Part shown: positions 57,813-64,000 of the stretch, piece after piece | How positions within the stretch are numbered: the first letter of the stretch is position 1 | Layout: each line of letters starts with the position of its first letter | IMG/VR virus record: IMGVR_UViG_3300031952_000010 | Span: 27,512-91,511 of that record | Source: a virus | Strand: one strand, 5' to 3' | DNA length: 64,000 nucleotides | Notes under the pieces: generated by a model | The model's database searches: none | What the model saw: the letters and a program-made list of their open reading frames with translations, nothing else | What the model was told of the DNA's origin: nothing | Program-made: the position numbers and the translations under genes

Positions 57813-59582
57813 ATGTCAAATTTAACAAGAGAACAGGTACTAATAGAGTATGTAAAATGTCATAAAGACGTAGAATATGCGTTAAGAACTTATCTACAAA
57901 CATACGATAATACAGTATCAAAATACGTACCATTAGAATTATTTCCAGACCAAGTATCATTACTTGAAGATTACGAAAATTATAACGAAAATATCGCCTT
58001 AAAATATCGACAAGCGGGAGTAACTACAGTTACATCTGCTTGGGCTTCGATGAAACTTTCTTTTGCTAAGAAAAACAAACCCGAAAAAGTTCTTATAATC
58101 GCTAACAAACTTGATACGTCATTAGAGATGGCAAACAAGATTAGAAACTTTGTCAGTCAATGGCCGAGTTGGGTTGGTATTGATTTTGCGGTGGAAAAAA
58201 ACTCACAAAAACATTATAAATTAAATAACGGTAGTGAGGTTAAAGCCGTTGCAACATCTAAAGATGCCTTACGTGGATTTACTCCAACAATACTTATATT
58301 TGATGAGGCGGCGTTTATTGAGGCCGACAGTGATTTTTGGGCGGCGTGTATGGCATCTTTATCTACAGGTGGTAAAGTAATCGTGGTTTCAACACCAAAT
58401 GGTTATGACCGAATTTATTATGAGATATATGACCAAGCCTTAAGAAACATGAATGACTTCAGAATTTCTGAAATGTATTGGTATCGTGACCCTCGTTACA
58501 CAAAAGATTTATATCTAATTAAAACCGATGATATGATTCACTATCTTTTAAATAAAGAAGAGTACAGTGAGAAAGATATCCTTAGTTGGTCTCATATACC
58601 CGCAAACGAAAGAGATTATAAAGAACTAAGAGAATTAATGAACCAAGGTTATAAACCTTGTTCTTCTTGGTTTGAAGCGATGGTTAAGAAATTAAAATAC
58701 GATAAACGTAAAGTATCTCAGGAGTTAGAATGTAACTTCTTAGGTTCAGGTGATAACGTATTTGACTCTAAAATGTTACAAACAATAAGAGAAAATTCTA
58801 TTATAGAACCCAAGAATAAACTTATGGGAAACGCTTTATGGATTTGGAAAGAACCTGTCGTTGGCCATAAATACATTATGGGGGTCGATGTTTCTCGTGG
58901 GGATAGTGAAGACTTTAGCTCGTTTCAAATTATTGATTTTGATGAAAGAGAACAGGTTGCTGAATATGTTGGTAAATTACCGCCAGATACTATGGCTGAA
59001 ATTTGTTATAAATGGGCTAACATGTATTCGTGTTTTATTGTGATTGATATTACAGGTGGAATGGGAGTTTCCACGTCAAGAAAATTACAGGAAATGGGTT
59101 ACAAAGATTTATATGTTGATGGTGTGGATACCGCTAATAAGTGGAAATACGACGCTAAGTCACATGAAAAAATACCAGGAATTAATTTTAATAATAAAAG
59201 AGTTCAAATTATTGCTTCATTTGAAGAGGGTATGAGACATGGATTTAAAATTTATAGCTCAAGACTTTTCAATGAAATGAATACGTTCATTTACATTAAT
59301 GGTCGTCCTGACCATCAGAAAGGACATCATGATGACTTAATTATGTCAGTGGCTATGGCAACTTATGTTGCTGAATCGTCATTTAGTAATTTAACTAAGG
59401 TTGTGGAACATACTAAGGCAATGATTGAGTCTTGGGCAGTTAGTAACAATGACCAAGCGGCTAAAAATTTAGAATTTAATCCTGTTATACCACACATGTC
59501 AGAAAGAATTGGGCAGTATAATAATCAGAACATGTCTAAAGAGGATTATCAAAAGTACGGTTGGTTATTTGGTATTAGATAA
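57813..59582 (+). CDS. terL: Terminase large subunit (T4 gp17-like)
   Basis: KYRQAGVTT, LIFDEAAF, VSTPNG, MGVDVSRG, HDDLIMS. Confidence 0.95.
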   Translation: MSNLTREQVLIEYVKCHKDVEYALRTYLQTYDNTVSKYVPLELFPDQVSLLEDYENYNENIALKYRQAGVTTVTSAWASMKLSFAKKNKPEKVLIIANKLDTSLEMANKIRNFVSQWPSWVGIDFAVEKNSQKHYKLNNGSEVKAVATSKDALRGFTPTILIFDEAAFIEADSDFWAACMASLSTGGKVIVVSTPNGYDRIYYEIYDQALRNMNDFRISEMYWYRDPRYTKDLYLIKTDDMIHYLLNKEEYSEKDILSWSHIPANERDYKELRELMNQGYKPCSSWFEAMVKKLKYDKRKVSQELECNFLGSGDNVFDSKMLQTIRENSIIEPKNKLMGNALWIWKEPVVGHKYIMGVDVSRGDSEDFSSFQIIDFDEREQVAEYVGKLPPDTMAEICYKWANMYSCFIVIDITGGMGVSTSRKLQEMGYKDLYVDGVDTANKWKYDAKSHEKIPGINFNNKRVQIIASFEEGMRHGFKIYSSRLFNEMNTFIYINGRPDHQKGHHDDLIMSVAMATYVAESSFSNLTKVVEHTKAMIESWAVSNNDQAAKNLEFNPVIPHMSERIGQYNNQNMSKEDYQKYGWLFGIR

Positions 59583-59603
59583 TATTTATTAATAAAATAT
59601 CGC

Positions 59604-59759
59604 ATGGGACTAACTTCTAGAAAAAAATCGGGGAATAAACTTAATGGTAGTAAATTAAACGTACCTGGTCAGGGTATTAGTAATGTTAGGCCTGGTGGTG
59701 ATAATAAAATAAACCAACAAAAAGGTGACCCTAACATAAAGAAAGGTAAACAAAATTAA
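59604..59759 (+). CDS. Small basic protein (51 aa)
   Basis: MGLTSRKKSGNKLNGSKLNVPGQG... after TATTTAT; below the ORF-track cutoff. Confidence 0.55.
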   Translation: MGLTSRKKSGNKLNGSKLNVPGQGISNVRPGGDNKINQQKGDPNIKKGKQN

Positions 59760-59796
59760 CTATTTAATTATAGATAATTAGAATTAAATTTATTAC

Positions 59797-61641
59797 ATGG
59801 AAAACAATCAAAATAATCAATTTACAGTTTGGCAGAGGTTATCTCAAGCCTTTGGTCCTAACGCCCTGTTAAATCAAGATTATCCAACATATAAGTTAGA
59901 CAAGACTGAGTTATTAAAAACAACATCAAAACAAGAATACGACAAAGAAAAATTACAAGCTCAACAAACGTATTACTTAGCCAATCAATGGACTAAAATT
60001 GAGAGTAACTTATACACTCAAGCGGTTTATTATGAACCAACAAGATTAGCATCATTCTATGATTATGAATCGATGGAATATACTCCTGAAATTTCTGCAG
60101 CTTTAGATATCTACGGTGAAGAATCAACAACTGTTGACCAAAATGGTTACATGTTACAAATCTATTCAGAATCTAAACGTATTAAATCAATCTTAATTGA
60201 CTTATTTAATAATGTTTTAGATATCAATACTAATTTACCAATGTGGACAAGAAATACCGCAAAATACGGTGATAATTTTGTTTATTTAAAATTAGATGCT
60301 GAGAAAGGTATAGTTGGTTGTATGCAATTACCAAATATTGAGATTGAACGACTTGAAAGAGGTATGGCTGCAAAATCAGCAAACGTTGAGGAACCCGCAG
60401 AAAACAAAGGTTTAAGGTTTAAGTGGAAAGCCAAAGATATGGAATTTAATTCATGGGAAGTTGCTCACTTTAGATTATTAGGTGATGATAGAAAATTACC
60501 TTACGGTACTTCTATGTTAGAAAAAGCAAGACGTATTTGGAAACAATTATTATTATCAGAAGATGCGATGTTAATCTATCGTACCTCAAGAGCCCCTGAA
60601 AGACGTGTGTTTAAAGTCTTTGTAGGTAATATGGATGATAAAGACGTTGAGTCATACGTACAACGTGTTGCAAACAAATTTAAACGTAGTCAGGTTGTTG
60701 ATAGTCAATCGGGTAATGTCGATATGAGATTTAACCAAATGGCCGTTGACCAAGATTATTTTATACCTGTACGTGACCCAGCTCAAGCATCCCCAATTGA
60801 GACTCTACCAGGAGCTCAGAACTTAGCAGAGATTGCCGACATCGAATACATACAAAAGAAATTATTAACCGCTCTTAGAGTTCCTAAAGCGTTTTTAGGG
60901 TTTGAGGAAGTTGTTGGTGACGGTAAGAATTTATCATTACAAGACATCCGTTTTGCAAGAACAATTAATAGAATTCAAAAATCTATGATTGCTGAAATGA
61001 ATAAAATCTCTATTATTCATTTATTCTTATTAGGATTTGAAGATGAGTTATCAAACTTTACATTAGGTTTAACTAACCCATCAACACAAGCCGATTTATT
61101 AAAAATTGATGTTTGGAAAGAAAAAGTTTTATTATACAAAGATGCCGTAACACCAATCGAAGGTATTGCTCCAGTGTCTGTGACTTGGGCTAAGAAACAC
61201 GTATTAGGATTCTCGGATGAAGAGATTAAATTAGATTTACAACAACAACGTGTTGAAAAAGCCGTTGGTGCTGAATTAACTAACACCGCAACTATTATCA
61301 GTCATACAGGTGTATTTGATAATATTGATAAATTATATGGTGTTAAATCAGGAGCCACTCAAACTGTGGGGGCAACTCCACCACCTCCAGGAGGTGAATC
61401 AAGTGGAGGAGGATTAGGCGCACCTGAAGATATGGGTGGAGGAGCCCCAATACCACCGCCACCAGGGCCTGAGCCAGTCGGTGACGCGGGGTTAACACCT
61501 GAATCATATAAACGTGATAACTTAACAATTTTATTAGAAAGTGATAACTTAACAGATTCGGATTCATTTATTGATTTGTCTAAAGCAAGAAATTCTTTAG
61601 GTGAAATGGAAAAAGAATTAAACAAACTTCTAAAAGACTGA
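59797..61641 (+). CDS. Portal protein (T4 gp20-like)
   Basis: PEISAALDI, EDAMLIYRTSRAPERRVF, DYFIPVR, IETLPG, ALRVPK. Confidence 0.95.
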   Translation: MENNQNNQFTVWQRLSQAFGPNALLNQDYPTYKLDKTELLKTTSKQEYDKEKLQAQQTYYLANQWTKIESNLYTQAVYYEPTRLASFYDYESMEYTPEISAALDIYGEESTTVDQNGYMLQIYSESKRIKSILIDLFNNVLDINTNLPMWTRNTAKYGDNFVYLKLDAEKGIVGCMQLPNIEIERLERGMAAKSANVEEPAENKGLRFKWKAKDMEFNSWEVAHFRLLGDDRKLPYGTSMLEKARRIWKQLLLSEDAMLIYRTSRAPERRVFKVFVGNMDDKDVESYVQRVANKFKRSQVVDSQSGNVDMRFNQMAVDQDYFIPVRDPAQASPIETLPGAQNLAEIADIEYIQKKLLTALRVPKAFLGFEEVVGDGKNLSLQDIRFARTINRIQKSMIAEMNKISIIHLFLLGFEDELSNFTLGLTNPSTQADLLKIDVWKEKVLLYKDAVTPIEGIAPVSVTWAKKHVLGFSDEEIKLDLQQQRVEKAVGAELTNTATIISHTGVFDNIDKLYGVKSGATQTVGATPPPPGGESSGGGLGAPEDMGGGAPIPPPPGPEPVGDAGLTPESYKRDNLTILLESDNLTDSDSFIDLSKARNSLGEMEKELNKLLKD

Positions 61642-61661
61642 TATTTATAAATAAAAAAGAG

Positions 61662-62381
61662 ATGACAAATTTTGGAATAATTAAATCGAAGATAGAAGAT
61701 GTGTTATTAGAATCATATAAAAACAACACATTTAAACAAGAATTCAAAAACTTTAAAAAGTTAGTTTTAGAAAATAAAAAAATATGCAAACTTTTTTATT
61801 TATACGATGATTTATCTTCTAATAAAGGATTATCGGAATCAATTGTTAACGAATATGTAAATGAATGTATAACCATTTATGAAAATACCGTTAATAAAAT
61901 ACAAGAGTCGGATATTATACCATTAAAGTCTTGGGTTAAAAACTCTAAGGTTGATAATCAATATAATAATATTGATAATTTATTCTCGAGAGATGTCTTA
62001 ACGATTGAATCAAGAATAACTAGTAAAAAAAATATTTCAGAATCTCTTAAGAAATTACCTACCAAGAAAGTAGATACAGTTCAAATATCATTAACTTCTA
62101 TGGTTAATGTTGCTAATAAAACAATTTCAAATTTTATTGATTCATTAACTGAGTCAGACAAAAAAGAATTAACAAGACTTTTATCTGAGGATGACGTTAC
62201 TTTAAATCAAAAATTTGATAATGTTAAAGAAAGTGTTGTAAATAAATTAACTGAAATGAAAAACAATAATGAGGATAAGTCAACTCAAACAAGAATTGAT
62301 GAAACTCTTGATAAAGTAATTTCAGAAAAATACGACAAGTTAACTTATTTTAAACTTAAAAGTTTAAATGAGAATCTTTAA
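61662..62381 (+). CDS. Hypothetical protein in the head module
   Basis: 239-aa ORF between portal and bS21. Confidence 0.7.
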   Translation: MTNFGIIKSKIEDVLLESYKNNTFKQEFKNFKKLVLENKKICKLFYLYDDLSSNKGLSESIVNEYVNECITIYENTVNKIQESDIIPLKSWVKNSKVDNQYNNIDNLFSRDVLTIESRITSKKNISESLKKLPTKKVDTVQISLTSMVNVANKTISNFIDSLTESDKKELTRLLSEDDVTLNQKFDNVKESVVNKLTEMKNNNEDKSTQTRIDETLDKVISEKYDKLTYFKLKSLNENL

Positions 62382-62572
62382 TCATTATTTGATTTATATT
62401 TTTTCTGAACGTATTTTGCTTTTGAAATTTCTTTCCTCCTTTTAACTGATTTTTTTTGGAATTCTTTTCTTTCATTTAATTCCTTACTTTGCCTTGTCTT
62501 TATGACTTTGCTTTTGTAAATTTTTAACGCTTTCTCAAGTGTTACATTCTTTTCTACCTTTACGATTAACAT
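62378..62572 (-). CDS. rpsU: Ribosomal protein bS21
   Basis: LEKALK.YK.K, ELNERKEFQKKSVKRR, KAKY (Tyr54). Confidence 0.9.
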   Translation of the reverse strand: MLIVKVEKNVTLEKALKIYKSKVIKTRQSKELNERKEFQKKSVKRRKEISKAKYVQKKYKSNND

Positions 62573-62660
62573 ATTTTTGTGAGTTTATATTTATTTTGAC
62601 TATTGCTGTAAATATACCTATTTTTATTAAAACAATAAACTTAAAAAATTATGAAATTTA

Positions 62661-63131
62661 ATGAAAAAGGGGAAAACCTCACACATTCACGGATTCAACA
62701 CTGCCAAGGTAGTATACGGAACAGTTGATTCGATGAATTTTAAGTCACTCTATCTTAACATCCAAACATGGGTAGAACCAACTACAGAGTGCGAAAATTG
62801 GACAAGGACAGTTCTCAATATGAGCAGAGCCATAAAACATTCGGTCTACGAAACCTTAGATAAAGAGTTATTTGATGATAAATTTATAGTGGATTTAGAT
62901 TTAAGGTCCAGCGGGTTAAATCAAGGTAAAAAATCTTTTATGAATTTAGAAATTAATTTCTTTTTGAATGATGATGGGCATGACTTTAAATCCAAAGAAA
63001 TTAAAGATTCACTTAAAGATATTACTACAAGAATTTTTTACGAAAACTTTGTAGGTAACGATTACTTTAAATTTTATCTAACTAAAAAAATCAAAACAAA
63101 CAACGAGACGTTACAATTAGAGAATGTTTAA
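62661..63131 (+). CDS. Hypothetical protein
   Basis: 156-aa ORF. Confidence 0.7.
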   Translation: MKKGKTSHIHGFNTAKVVYGTVDSMNFKSLYLNIQTWVEPTTECENWTRTVLNMSRAIKHSVYETLDKELFDDKFIVDLDLRSSGLNQGKKSFMNLEINFFLNDDGHDFKSKEIKDSLKDITTRIFYENFVGNDYFKFYLTKKIKTNNETLQLENV

Positions 63132-63153
63132 TATTTATAATAAAACATTTGAG

Positions 63154-63882
63154 ATGAATTTAAGAATTTTACAACCAACTGAAATAGGTAAAGGTATATT
63201 AATAGAATACGATGCGGGTTACGTATCACCAACAGATACACATAATGCTAAGATTATTAAAGAATCTAAAGGTAATATGTTAGACCATTCTAAACCATTT
63301 GAATTTTATGCGGTATTACAGAAATATAATACCCCAAACAGAAATGGTAGAATATACCCTGAACGTATTTTAAAAAGAGAAGCTGAAAACTATAAAAAAA
63401 TGATAGAAAAGGGTACCTCTCTTTCAGAGTTAAATCACCCTGAATCATCTTTAATAGATTTAGATAGAGTTTCTCATATGATTACTGAAGTATGGTGGGA
63501 AGGACCTGTATTAATGGGTAAGATACAATTACTTACTTCACCAGGATTCCACGAAAGAGGTATTGTATCAACCAAAGGAGATTTAGCAGCTAACTACCTA
63601 AGACAAGGAGTTACGTTAGGAATCTCCTCAAGAGGGGTTGGTTCCCTTAAAAAAGTTGGTGAACAGAACGAGGTCCAAGAAGATTTTGAATTAATCTGTT
63701 TTGACTTAGTATCGTCACCATCAACACCAGGAGCGTATTTATTCCAAAATCCTGAAGATAGATTTAACTTTGAGGAGAACTTGGAAGAGGAGAAAAAAAT
63801 TAAAGTCGAAAGAGAAGTTGGGGAAAGTGGAAATAAATCACTTGACTTAATGAAAAAATTGAACGATTATTTAGGATATTAA
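63154..63882 (+). CDS. Prohead core protease (T4 gp21-like)
   Basis: NRNGRIYP, ELNHP, VSH, GISSRGVGS, DLVSSPSTPGA. Confidence 0.93.
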   Translation: MNLRILQPTEIGKGILIEYDAGYVSPTDTHNAKIIKESKGNMLDHSKPFEFYAVLQKYNTPNRNGRIYPERILKREAENYKKMIEKGTSLSELNHPESSLIDLDRVSHMITEVWWEGPVLMGKIQLLTSPGFHERGIVSTKGDLAANYLRQGVTLGISSRGVGSLKKVGEQNEVQEDFELICFDLVSSPSTPGAYLFQNPEDRFNFEENLEEEKKIKVEREVGESGNKSLDLMKKLNDYLGY

Positions 63883-63896
63883 AAAAAAATTATAAC

Positions 63897-64000
63897 ATGG
63901 ACGAAAAGTATTTTATTGCAAAAATCACAACCGATATGATTGATGAAAAATCGGGAAAACTTAAAAAATTAAGAGAAGAAAAATTAGTAAAAGGTTATAA
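63897..64000 (+). CDS. Partial hypothetical protein (DUF4494-like)
   Basis: MDEKYFIAKI...GKLKKLREEKLV, open at the window end. Confidence 0.55.
   Translation, partial: MDEKYFIAKITTDMIDEKSGKLKKLREEKLVKGY

Noticed and set aside
1-64000. Stop-codon reassignment (TAG/TGA recoding seen in some large phages)
   Set aside because: Conserved genes are full length in the standard code, and TAG ends genes at 32021 and 36153.
1-64000. CRISPR array
   Set aside because: No regularly spaced repeat-spacer units seen; repeats found are coding or promoter duplications.

Overview
AT-rich 64-kb segment of a large T4-like (jumbo) bacteriophage, standard genetic code. The host is most likely Bacteroidota, because TAnnTTTG -7 promoter elements recur, Shine-Dalgarno sites are absent and the bS21 is Bacteroidota-type. 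The right end holds the head module (terminase large subunit, gp20-like portal, bS21, gp21-like prohead protease). Accessory genes include DnaK, a ClpC-like ATPase, PPK2, an AsnRS-derived enzyme, a GH19 endolysin, glycosyltransferases, two RNA ligases with end-healing enzymes and a tandem-PAS membrane protein. The centre is rich in RNA genes: 25 canonical tRNAs covering all 20 amino acids (two operons plus a lone Arg-UCU), three non-canonical tRNA-like elements, a tmRNA, several unexplained structured RNAs, and a ~0.85-kb ornate ncRNA driven like an rRNA operon (tandem promoters plus boxA). Top finding: each tRNA operon is preceded by a short leader ORF, an alternative antiterminator and an intrinsic terminator, and each leader holds a compact run of codons matching the tRNAs of its own operon (14 of 14 in a 15-codon window; 8 in a 9-codon run, plus Met). 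This looks like a codon-barcode attenuator that senses depletion of any host tRNA and turns on the phage replacements. All calls come from reading motifs by eye; no searches were run.
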